A stretch of DNA of 59,933 bases, counting the filler, from Jimgerdemannia flammicorona (taxonomy: Eukaryota): NCBI GenBank assembly GCA_003990765.1. It is 3 parts of 3 records of this genome, joined end to end, with 100 filler letters (N's around TTAATTAATTAA, not from the genome) between each part and the next. Parts side by side here need not be neighbours in the genome. Positions count along the whole stretch, not along the records: positions 1 to 19,912 come from RBNJ01001807.1; positions 20,013 to 39,923 come from RBNJ01001808.1; 1 more part is not named here. One strand, 5' to 3'. This document shows positions 11,985 to 22,730 of the stretch, one piece after another. The position numbers and the translations under genes are program-made. The notes under the pieces are model-generated. The model was not told the origin of the DNA, made no database searches, and saw only the letters and a list, made by a program, of their open reading frames with translations. Each line of letters begins with the position of its first letter. Position 1 is the stretch's first letter.

Positions 11985-12442
11985 GAATAACAAACAGGAT
12001 AATAGAGGCTGAGCAATGGATGCCGAGTAATAAATGCTGAGCAACAGATACCAAGTTGAGTAATAGAGACTGAGATGGACTGAGTTAAGTGACAAAGGCT
12101 GAATGACAGAGACCAAGTGACAAAGGCCAAATGATGGAGACTGAGTGACAAAGGCCAAATGACAGAGACTGAGTAACAAAGGCTAAATAACAGAGACTGA
12201 GTGACAAAGGCTGAATGATAGAGACTGAGTGACAAAGGCTGAATGATGGAGACTAAGTGATAAAGGCTGAATGATGAAGACTGAGTGACAAAGGCTGAAT
12301 GACAGAGACTGAGTAACAAAGGCCAAATGACAGAGACCAAGTAATAAAGGCTAAATAATGAAGACTGAGTAATAAAGGCTGAATGACAGAGACTGAGTGA
12401 CAAAGGCCAAATGATGGAAACTGAGTAATAAAGGCTGAGTGA
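11985..12442. repeat. Minisatellite, 14-bp subunit with 28-bp higher-order unit (GACAAAGGCTGAAT GACAGAGACTGAGT)
   Basis: About 12 clear 28-mers from 12091 and more degenerate units upstream; variants are mostly transitions. Confidence 0.9.
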
Positions 12443-13169
12443 TGACCTATTATTAAAATAAAAGTGAAGTAAGGATATATATAAAATATAAAAATATAAT
12501 AAAAGTATAGTATTCCCTTACCTATAACTATCTTATAATGGTATACTCACATATGTCTCAATATGATCACACACATATCACTCCAAAATATTTAATTTTA
12601 ACTTATAAAAAGAAAACATATCTTAACTATCCATTGACTAAAGTCTGTTGGCCTTAAGTTAAGATGTGGGAAAATATTATAGTAGAGTGGATGTGGATGC
12701 TACATTCTTACTAGTAATATACTATTGGTCTGGTATAGTTACTCAGAGACTAAATTTGCACAATCATGATTATATCTCAATTGTCAAGTATGAGTCTCAT
12801 CATAGTTCATCAGAGTAGTATCCTTACTAATGGAAAGAGAATTTAACACAAAGAGAGTATATGATATAAATAAACTACTAAGGATAATAATATTATAGTA
12901 TAATATTGAAGTATGAAGATAGTATAGAGTAGAATAATATAGCATAGAATGAAGAGAAAATGTGAAGTGAAAAAGAAAGGTATTTATAAGACATTCATGA
13001 GTAGTATGCATATGTGAGTGATATGTATATAGGAGTAGTATGAGAGAGAGGATATAAAAGAATACTATGCATACAAATGAATAGTTGATATATTTGTGAT
13101 ATTTTATAACTCATCCAAACAAGAGCTTGAAATAAGGACTTGAAACAAGGGCTTAAGGTCAAAAGCTCT

Positions 13170-13290
13170 TTATTGCTCTAAGTTCTTTGCTGCTCACTGC
13201 CTAAGTTCTTTGCTACTTGCTGCTCTAAGTTTTTTACTGTTTGCTGCTCTAAGTCCTTTGCTACTTACTGCTCTAAGTTCTTTACTATGA
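13170..13290. repeat. Short tandem repeat, ~24-bp unit (CTCTAAGTTCTTTGCTGCTTGCTG)
   Basis: About 5 imperfect copies; reads ELRAASSK repeats on the minus strand. Confidence 0.8.
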
Positions 13291-13705
13291 CAGAGTTTGT
13301 AGGACATAGGAAAAACTATAAAGGATGTGACCATCATAGAAACAGTGAGACATACATGGATAGGGTAATACCCTTTCTCCACTACAATTCACATTATACA
13401 CACTTTATAACATACTTTTAAGTTGTTTATTGGAGAAAGATATTAAGGCAATGTTGACTAGCAAGCAAGCCGACACACATACTAGATTAGGTAGACCTGG
13501 GGCCTTCAACTGGCAGCATGTCAGGAGAGGGTATGGACTGGGAATAGGGTCTTTTGGTGGCCCAGGTGGGTAGGACAGCTTGAGTAGTGGAAGTGGTGCT
13601 GGTGAGGGGGCTGGAGAGCAGTAGGGGAGGAGCTTTGCAGACACACTGAGGTCAGGAGGTTGGCCAGTTGGAGATCGCAGTGGACAGATAGGAGGGAAGG
13701 GGAAG

Positions 13706-15490
13706 ATGAAGGTTGGGAGTACTGGGGGAGCTGGGACTTTAGTAGTGGGAAGTGGCAGAGGTGGAGTAGCTACTGGGGCTAGTGGTGGGACTGCTGATGG
13801 CAGTATAACAGTGAATCAGAAGGAAAAAAAAAGAGATGTGATGGCTGATGGTCAGGGGGGACAGGGGTTCCCGATGAGGAAGGGGGATCTGGTAGATGGT
13901 ATAACAGGACTGGCTGTAGCCCCATTGCTCAAGAAGTCAATTTTGGAGTTTGTGGTGACCTTGTACTTCTGGGGCTTGGTGGTGATGGCAAGGATGGTTC
14001 TGGGGCTTATTTTGAAGCAGGTGGCTGGGGCAGCCTCAGTGAAGTTCTTGAAGGATCTGGAGGGGGTCGAGGTGGGCTTTGAGGAGGCAGGCCCACTGGA
14101 TGAGACACTGAAGACTGGAGTTATGGTTGGGGAGGTAGTGGTCTCTATGGTGCAGTGTTTGCGATGGGACTCTAGAGTGGTGCAGCTTCTGGTGAAGGTG
14201 GTGCCCATGGTGACTAAGGAGGAGACTAGGAAGAGGGTGGAGGAGGTGATAATTGAGTATGGTGATGTGGTGGACATTGGCTTTCAGGTGTGGGAGGGGA
14301 TAATGATCAGGATGGATGACATTGATGTCAGGATTTGGCTGATGGGCAAGGAGGCTACAGAGAAGGCAAGTGACTGGCCTTCTGTACTGATGTGGGGGGC
14401 ATTCATCTGTAAGGTATCAAGGGTGAAGGGGAGTGAGGAGGAGGAGGAGGACTTGTTGGAGGTGTTGGAGGAGATGAGTGGAGCTGTGGAGAGAAGAGCA
14501 AGGACCTGGAAGATGTATGAGGAGTTGACATATCTGGAGGTTGTAGATGGGAAATATATCTGTACTGACAGGAAGCAGTGGGAGCAGGCACAGGAGTGTA
14601 GGAGGCAGATAGAGCTACTTGTAAGTATGAAAGTAGAGGTAAAGCAGAAGACAGTTGGAGCTGAAGGGTCTGGGGGTGTCAAAGCCAGTGTTTGGGTGAG
14701 TAAAGGGGTTGGGGAGGTAGAGGTAGGTAAGGAAGGAGCTGAAAAGATGCTGAGCAAGGACCCCTATACTGATGGCACTTTTGAGGTCTGGGAGCAGGAG
14801 CTGGATACAATCTCCCCCCCTCTTATCAGGAGGGGCCCGGCTGGAAAGAGACAGACAACAGAGGATATACTGATGAAGGGGGCCCAGTGAGTATACTTTG
14901 GGGTCCCTAATGTGAAAAAAGGAGGTCAGGTGGTGGCAGTTGGTAAGGATGAGCTAGTGGATGTCCCTGAGGAGGAGTGGGATGAGGCTGCCAGTGTAGG
15001 GACTGACACTATGATGTTGGATGTAGGATGGCTGGGAACTCCAGGAGGGAAGGAGGTGGGGAACTTGCTGTGGATGAGCAAGGTGATGGATAACCTTGCG
15101 GCTGAGACTTTGGGGGAAGTAGACCTGTGGGTAATGCCTGAGGAGCATTGGGTACAGATTTTGCATAGTAAGGGAGTGGTGGAGGCACTGAAGGGGGAGA
15201 TTCTTTCGATTTTCCTGGAGGAGAAGAGATATGAGGTTGATGAGGTGAGGAGGGCTGAGCTGGCAGTGGTTGCTGGTGAGCAGGCGGCATACTGTTGGGT
15301 GGAGTGGCATGGTTTGCAGCTCTGGCAGGAGGCCTGTCTGGAATATCATGAGGACTTTGAGGAGTGAGAAGATGGGGTGATGGTAGAACTTCTGGGAGGG
15401 TTGAAGGCACAGGAAGCTGGTGAAAGGGAACTAGCTGCTGATCATGACTTAGATTTGTTGCAGGAGGAGCAGGATGCAGAATTGTAGAGG
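13706..15490 (+). pseudogene. LINE ORF1
   Basis: 394-aa ORF 13706-14890 plus 14912-15367; homologous to ORF1 of the other copies. Confidence 0.8.
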
Positions 15491-15519
15491 GTGGGTTCAC
15501 AATACAACATTTTTTTCTT

Positions 15520-18500
15520 ATGAACAGTACAACCAACATTTTCTCTTTGAATGTAAATGGGCTAAGGGGATCTGGGTGATATAAGAACATTTTTAATTGG
15601 CTCAAGGAATTGGAGGCCAATCTCTTTTTACTATAGGATATTTGGTGTGAGAATGAGGATAATTGGGTTGAGTGGACTAGAGAATGGGGGGGGGGCTACT
15701 GCTTGGTTTGGAAAGTGGCAATTCTGGTGAGGAAGGGTAGAGGAGACTTGGGGGGTATTGGGAACTGGGGTGATCACTTGATCTGGGGAGATTGGCATCA
15801 GCCAGGGTGGGAGTCAGTGAGGGTTGGCTCTTGCTACTACCCTGTGGTTAGGGGTGAGAGGATTGCATGGATTAAGGAGCTGCTGGAGGAGGGTATTCTC
15901 TTGGCAGAAGGGGTTGATGTGCTTGGGGGGGACTTTAATATGATTCAGGATCAGCATCTGGACAGAACTGATGGTGGGAGGAGTACAGGAGAGAGAAGTG
16001 GAGGCCTGGATGCATGGGAGGAGGTGGAGTGGCTGAGCTCCTTAGGGGATATGGGCAGAATATGATGGGGCAACTCCAGGGTCTACATGTATTGGGTAAA
16101 TAGCTTAGGTATAAGGATTGACTGGATTCTGATGGCAGAATGCTGGGGGTCTGATGTCTGGAAGGTATTGGAGGTGGAATGGTGTCCATGGTCTGATCAC
16201 TGGGGACTGTTGGGACAGGGGCAGTTTGGGGAGAATGGAGATGGACCTGGACATTGATGCCTTAACTCCTCCCTGCTGACTGAGAAGGGGTTGTGGGATT
16301 CATGGAAAGAGAACATTCAGGTGAAAGTTTCTTACTGGAGGTGTGAGGGTTTGTCAGTGGGTGTCCACTGGATGAGATTGAAAGAGGCTGCAAGGGTCTA
16401 TTAGAGAGGGGCTGGGAGAGAAGCTGGGAGACAGAGAAGGAAGTGCACAAGGTGTGCTTCCAACAGACTGAGGAGATTGCAAATGAATTGGGCAGGTTTG
16501 CTTACTTCTGATGAGGTGGAGGATTGGAGGTTAGCACAGATTAAATTGGAGATAATGGAACTGCAACAGGTGTTAAGAGAAGAGGAGAAGGTGCATATGT
16601 GAGGTATGGTTGCTAGGCTAAGGTGGCAGGGGCTTGAGGAGGATGAGTGGCCTACTAGATATTTATCCCATCTGCTCAAAGCTAAGAGGGTGAGACATCA
16701 GTGGAATGGAGTCCTAGATGCCAATGGGGTCATGGTACATGGTATACAATAAATCTTAGGGGTTTTGAAAGAGAGATGGCAGGGTTTGTGGAGTGAGGAA
16801 GAAGGGGGTGCTGATGAGGTGGCTATTGAAGATACATTAGGGGAATGGAGGCTGCCATAAGTGGCTGAACTGAATGACTTGGCCTTACCAGTGTGAGGTG
16901 AGGAGGTCCAGAGTGTCCTTGTGGCAACTAAAACTGGAACAGCACCAGGGGAGGATGGATTACCATGGGACTTCTGGAAGAAGATGGTGAAGGTCCCCGG
17001 CATTTTGGGTGAGATAACTGCTCTCTGTGACTATGTTCTTCAACAAGGTGAGTGGGTTGGAGAGCAGGACCTTGGGCTGGTGGCTTTATTGTACAAAGAC
17101 AAGAGAAGGAGGGAAGATTGGAAGAACTGGTGACTGATCATACTTTTGGATATGGACAGAAAGATGGTGACTAAGGTGGTTGTTGCAAGGCTGCAGAAGG
17201 TTGCCCAACAGGTGCTGGGAGAGGAGCAGCAGGGCTTTGTTAGAGGCAGACTCATAAGAGATGAGACTGCTTGGGTACATGGTGTCATTGAAGGGGCCTA
17301 GACTTGTGGACTGGATGGAAGGTTGATCTTCTTAGACCAAGAGAAGGCATATGACCGGGTCCAGTGAGTTTGGCTGGATAAGGTGTTGGATCATATTGGT
17401 GTTCCCCCAGGATTTCGGGCTTCTATATTGAATCTGCTCAAAGGTAGTCAGGTGGCGCTGATGTATAATGGTCACCATGGTCTGGTATTTACCTTGAGAA
17501 GAGGAGTTCCTCAGGGGGACCCCCTGTCCCCTATTCTTTATACCCTTTTGTTGGAACCATTGATGGATAGGATTCATCAGAAGGTGGTAGGGCTCTCTAT
17601 TTATAGAATAGTGTAAAAGGTGGGAGCCTTTGCAGATGATATAATAGTTGGCCTTAGGTCTGTGGCAGATGTTGAGGTACTTCAGGAGACAGTGGAATGG
17701 TATGAGGATCACTCTGGGGTGAAGCTCAACTAGCATAAGTGTGAGACTATGGTGCTAGGAAATGGGCTGGTGGGTGGGGACATCATTGGAAAAATTGTCC
17801 CTACTGGTGAGGTAGTATGGTATCTAGGCATCTTCCTCTCTATGTATGGCTCTGTCTTGCCACAAGTGTGGTGGGAGAGCAGAGTGACTGTTTGGGGGGA
17901 GGCCCTTCGAGATTGGGGAGGCCACCATATCTCTCTAGCAGAGCAGATGTCAATTCTGAATATATACTGATTTCCCAAGCTGTGGTATGTGGCCTACCAC
18001 CTAGACTTCCTAGCTTGGGTGGTGAAGAGGCTGACAAAGGTGGCTAGGGATTGGATTTGGGGAGGAAGGAGGTCCCAGATCAGTTGGGATACTCTTGTGA
18101 TACCGGTAGTCAGAGAAGGTCTTGGCCTTGTTGGATTTCCCTAAGAGGTTGCACTGCTTGCGAGCCTGGTGGTTGAAGAGAGCAGCTGAACTGCAAGGAG
18201 GGGGTTGGGTGCCTCTGCTGCAGAAGGTGTGGGAGATGAGAACCTCTCCCCAAGAGTCCTCAGGAGATCTACTCTCTTTAGTAGGGCTCAATGGAAATTG
18301 GAGGCTGCAGTTTAAGGGCTTTTGGTAGGGAGTGGTTGATGGAGCACACAGAATTGGTCTGCGCTGGTGAGGCAATGAGGAGGAGGTATTGTGGGGACCT
18401 AGTATGTAGTGATGGGATAGACTACTACTAGGGGGTGCTCTACTTGCTACTTTTGATATTGGGGATGGAGTGGAGTGTCAGCAGGGTCTTGGCCAGGATC

Positions 18501-18747
18501 TTTGGCTGAGCAGTTGGCAGGCAGTAGGGATAGGTGAGGAGTGGGACTGGACAGGTATCTGGTCTTAGAGTGCTAAGGTATGGCGGTGGTTTCCCCCCAA
18601 GTTCTGGATGATATGGTGGTGAATGCTGCAGAGGAATATCATGCTAAATTTCTGCACTGAGCATCTGATGGATGGTGGCTGTTTCGATTGTGAGGAGTGT
18701 TACAATATAGGATAAGCTGAGGGTTTAGTGCAGATGCCAGAACATTG
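15520..18747 (+). pseudogene. LINE ORF2 (APE-RT), many stops
   Basis: GGDFN, RIDW and SDH endonuclease motifs; RT motifs; stops are largely TGG>TAG/TGA and CAR/CGA>TRR type. Confidence 0.88.
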
Positions 18748-19912
18748 TGCTCCTTTCTCCACTATCTTACCGGTCACAAGGTTTGGTAGGTGACCTTCCA
18801 AGTCCCCTTTCTCCTAATATTACCCCCTCTATCTTGGGTTGGTTTGCTGTACCTGCAGGGGCATAGTAGGAGGAGGGCAATAGTGATGAGTTGCCCCTTT
18901 ATCAGTGTCAGATCAGTGCTTTCTCCACTTTTTCACAGATTCTGGTGCTTTCAGCTGCATCTGGGGTGTACCCATTTTGGTGCGACACCTTCTTCCTTTT
19001 GCTGTTGCCAACAAGGTGCTGTCTCAGTGAGTCTTGGGCTACATAGGACCTTGGGCATCAAGTGCTCAGTGTAGGTTACCTGCAGGTCCTCGGTGCCTAT
19101 GGTGGGGCTCTCTGGCTTTGGCGAGCTTCTCAGTGAGCGCAGTTCTGGCCTAGGTAACTGTTTTTTGGATGTTGTCAGGATGGAAGGGGAGATGGCTATC
19201 ACAGATAGGAGGAAGGGCAATTATGGTGAACCAGTAGGGTGCCAGGCTGGGGGCAGTCATCGGGGCTGAGGCAGGTGCTGCTTTGGTGGGGCCTTTTGAT
19301 TGGTGCGGCACAGTTAGGTGGTAGGTGTCACTCTTGGCTTCTTTTGGTGATTCATGGGATTGGGCCCCGGTCATTGGGGGGGGTCGGGGGGCCCGAGGCT
19401 ATTTATTTCAGATATCTTGGCTGTACTCAACTGGAACCAGAAGTTGACATGGCAATATGATCGAGGCCTGCAGGCTTGAGTAGTGGGGTATTGGGGGTCT
19501 CCTCCCACCTCATGTGTATGTCCTCTACTTACCTTGACTGGGAGAACTAGGCCCTACCCACCATGTTGTGCTTTGATGAGGGTTTTTTCTTTACCTGTCA
19601 TTCTCTTTGGAGTGACAGGGGTTATTCTATTCAGCTCAGACATGGTCTTGTACATATATTGAGTTCTTGGGCATATGCTTTCGGTCTTTGGCATATGGCT
19701 GGGTTTTCCTCTGGTGGTAGGGAGAGCATGGTGCACAGAATGAGGTATGGGCTACTTTGCCCTGCTGTACCTGGCATGGTTGAGCTACTGGACAATAGCT
19801 AGCCTAAGTTAATGGGGGGGCAGTACTTGATAGATGGTGGGGGAGGGTTTTGGCCTATATAGTCTAGGTTCCCTTCCAATAAAAATCTGCGGGACATAGA
19901 GTCCGTTAAAAA
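18748..19912 (+). mobile_element. Probable 3' fragment of a different, 5'-truncated non-LTR retroposon inserted in LINE copy 2
   Basis: Abrupt loss of homology at 18747; CpG-poor. Ends with AATAAA (19878), a GGAC-ATAGA-GTCC hairpin and an A-run at the contig end. No clear protein motif. Confidence 0.45.
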
Positions 19913-20012
19913 NNNNNNNNNNNNNNNNNNNNNNNNNNNNNNNNNNNNNNNNNNNNTTAATTAATTAANNNNNNNNNNNNNNNNNNNNNNNNNNNNNNNN
20001 NNNNNNNNNNNN
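19913..20012. other. Artificial contig linker N44-TTAATTAATTAA-N44
   Basis: Exactly 100 bp; the 12-mer gives stops in all six frames; identical to 39924-40023. Confidence 0.97.
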
Positions 20013-20048
<36 letters not shown>

Positions 20049-20049
20049 A

Positions 20050-20915
20050 ACGTGGTTGGCCTAAATTGGGGCCCGCATTTCTTAAATCACAATTACAATT
20101 ATTATAATTATTTAGCGAACGTCGCCCAAAACGAGCATCCATTATCGCCCCATCCTTGTTTCATAATTTTTTTAACGTCGGACTGCAAGCCGGAGATTTT
20201 CGACCATTCGCCGGAAATCGCATTCCGTTGATAGCTTTGGGAAAGGAGAGCCCAAAATAACGATGGTATCGACATGGCCTTTAACGAAGTTTGGATTGGC
20301 AGGCATGCATTGACGCGACCAAAGTTTCTCTGGACTCGGAAACCCAATCACCAATCGGTCCCTTGCCACTGCCATAGTTTGCATGGGTGTCGTCGGAGTA
20401 GTCAAGGAAGGCATTGAAGCCGTGGCATTGCACATACCTGCTTGGGTGTTGCGTGAACGTTTTTCCACAAGGAGCGTCTCGATAGGACGATTTTTATTGG
20501 TCGGATTGCATCCATCCTCGACATTTTTAATTGCTCGTAATAATCTGCTCCGAATCGCGATCATGACGTAATCCAAGGGAAAAAAAAAACTATCTACAAC
20601 ACTGCTATCAAATGAGGCTATATCCGTTAATTTATGACCAGTATTTGATGCTATACCAATATACCAAATTCAAACATATCGGCTCGAGGGCATGGTTTGT
20701 TTGTGTGCATAGCCATTCGATGGGGGTGCTGGACCTTCGTTGTGAACAAGCGAGACATGATTCACTTTCATATTCTGTCGGCAGCTTCTGACACCAAATG
20801 TGAATTATGAGCTAGATAAATTTGACTCCTGCACGCGCAAACAACCGTAGGAAGAGATATGATCAATAGATAACTTCAAGTGATGAAGACAAAAAAAAAA
20901 AAAAAAAAAACAAAA

Positions 20916-20952
<37 letters not shown>

Positions 20953-22730
20953 TTATATAGATTCAAATACGATGGAAAGCAGAAATTCCGTAAAATGGAC
21001 GACCTAGATGCTTGCCAATATTTTTGAGAAGGAAACCGATAAGAAAATCGACCTCACCATTTCCCATACGCCAGACTAAACACGCGTCAAATACAATCGT
21101 TATAAAAATCCATGGAAATATTACAGCAGAAATTTAAATAATACGATAATGCCTTTCTCAATTTCCATGTTCTTCTAGATCCCCTCCACCCTCCCCATTG
21201 ATGTCCATAATATTTTTACTGGCATTGTAGAAATCCACCGTATTGTTTCATTCTACGCGTGAATAATCCGCGCCATTTCATCCAAATCGGCACCATCTCA
21301 TGCCTTCTGAGTTGTTCGAGCAATGATATCTCTTCCAACTTGTGTATGTACGCAACACCATAATGCCGGCTTCTGACTCGAGTTTCAGATATAACTGTTT
21401 GTTGAACGTCTTGAGGTTCTTCAGGTGGATCGGGATTTACTTGAAGCAATAATCGGCATAACAATTCTGCCGCCTTCTGTTCATGGAGCAATTGGCGACT
21501 GTTGACACTCTTAAACCTGCATACAATATTCTGAAAGTTGCGGGTTCTCCTCTTGCAATTAAGAGACTCAGATTCAGTGTAAGCCAGGATTAGTGAGCTA
21601 AGACTAACCCTTCAGCTGAAACTCCAAAATGAGTGTGCGGCATTGATAGGAGAAGAACATCCTGCTAGTAAACTTGTACATATTTATTCTACTGCAAATA
21701 TCCTTATTTCGGGATTTTGCTGAAGCAACCATCGAGGCGCAGACGGATCAGATTTCCGGAGCAGTGAAAGACATTGTCGAAGAGTTATTTATCAGAGGTA
21801 TGACATGGATCATAGCAAAGCGTTGTCAAAGCTGTTGGCGCTACTGCACGTCATGCCGATGATATTGCTTATATACACCGTTCAACGGACACGCATTGTC
21901 TAGAGGTTGTGCGCTTGCCCTAGCACTTGCTTACACTGGCGGTTCAATTTGATTGTACCTGAAGTTCATGTTGCATACGCTAGGGGGATCAACCAAATGT
22001 TCGAAAAGAATGGTGAGGTGGGAATCACGTGCGCAGGTGGCCGAAGATTACGTCTCAGCCTACGTTCGAACTTGACGGCCTCGAGGTTATCAGAGGAGGT
22101 ACCGTTGGAGGTAATCCTTTTGAGAAAGAATGAAGGTTTCTAATGTTCGTGTCAACAAAAAAGCTTGGGCTGAAAACGGCTGAAAGATTTATAAAGTAGA
22201 GAATACTGCTAGAACGGATCAACACAAGATCAATCATATTTCGGCACAGTCAAGTTTGACCAGAGTTTCGGACCCGGGCAAGGAAACCCCATTAAAGAGC
22301 AACCCCCGTTTACAATTGCTTTTGGAATGGGGTACGGGATGGCGTGTTCGCATTGACTTGGGCAGCACACCCATTCCATTCGAACTCGCTATCACATCTA
22401 CGACCGCGGAACATCGATTGGCTAGGCCGACGAGGTTAGGCACTCCTCGTTCAGAATACTTCGAATATTTTCCTAGGAGCCCCAGAAGATTTCCTTATAG
22501 AAGTCTCCAGCACGTTCGACCTCACGAAAAAAAAAATTCGATTTACTTCTGTGTATTTGGGTTGGGGACCGCACCGAGGTCCTACTTTCTCCAACTCACG
22601 GTTACTCCTTGCGGCGATTCATCATTTATCCATCCCTTGTGCATTTTAAGGGAATGGAATCGGCTCTGAGAGAGGACGCGCACTGGTCGTGTCTCTGAAG
22701 CAGAACACGATACTGACCACGCTTAATCTC
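20050..22730 (-). pseudogene. CpG-intact, probably low-copy segment; possible decayed intron-containing host gene (product not recognised)
   Basis: Normal CpG content, unlike the rest of the window. Minus-strand splice-like sites (CAG|GTATGT at 20437, AG|GTACAA...CTAG ~21958-21900, GG|GTTAGT ~21608) flank coding-like stretches (e.g. 21216-21530), but frames contain stops and shifts. Confidence 0.35.

Larger units (their letters stand above)
13372..18747 (+). mobile_element. L1/Tx1-like LINE subfamily A copy 2 (intact 5' end, interrupted in C-terminal zinc finger)
   Basis: 5' end CCTTTCTC..ATTCA..TTATACA aligns with the 5' ends at 30430 and 51483. ORF1 13706-~15490; ORF2 ATG at 15520 (MNSTTNIFSLNVNG). 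RT motifs DQEKAYD, GVPQGDPLSP, AFADD. Confidence 0.93.

Noticed and set aside
12091..12442. Regular repeat array resembling CRISPR
   Set aside because: Units are head-to-tail with no unique spacers, there are no cas genes, and the context is eukaryotic; it is a minisatellite.
12675..13110. Possible solo LTR (TGTCA...TGATA, minus-strand TATA-like CTTATAAATA)
   Set aside because: No matching TSD or second copy found; boundaries are ambiguous.
1..18747. Inverted LINE copies as giant TIRs of a composite element enclosing the gypsy
   Set aside because: The copies are clearly diverged, have different truncation points, and are explained as independent insertions.
19957..19968. TTAATTAATTAA as a biological motif (piggyBac TTAA or PacI-like site)
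   Set aside because: It is centred in N-runs and repeated identically at 39968-39979; a synthetic six-frame stop linker.
22256..22669. 137-aa plus-strand ORF as a gene
   Set aside because: Non-ATG start, no recognisable domain, and nearby splice-like signals favour the minus strand.
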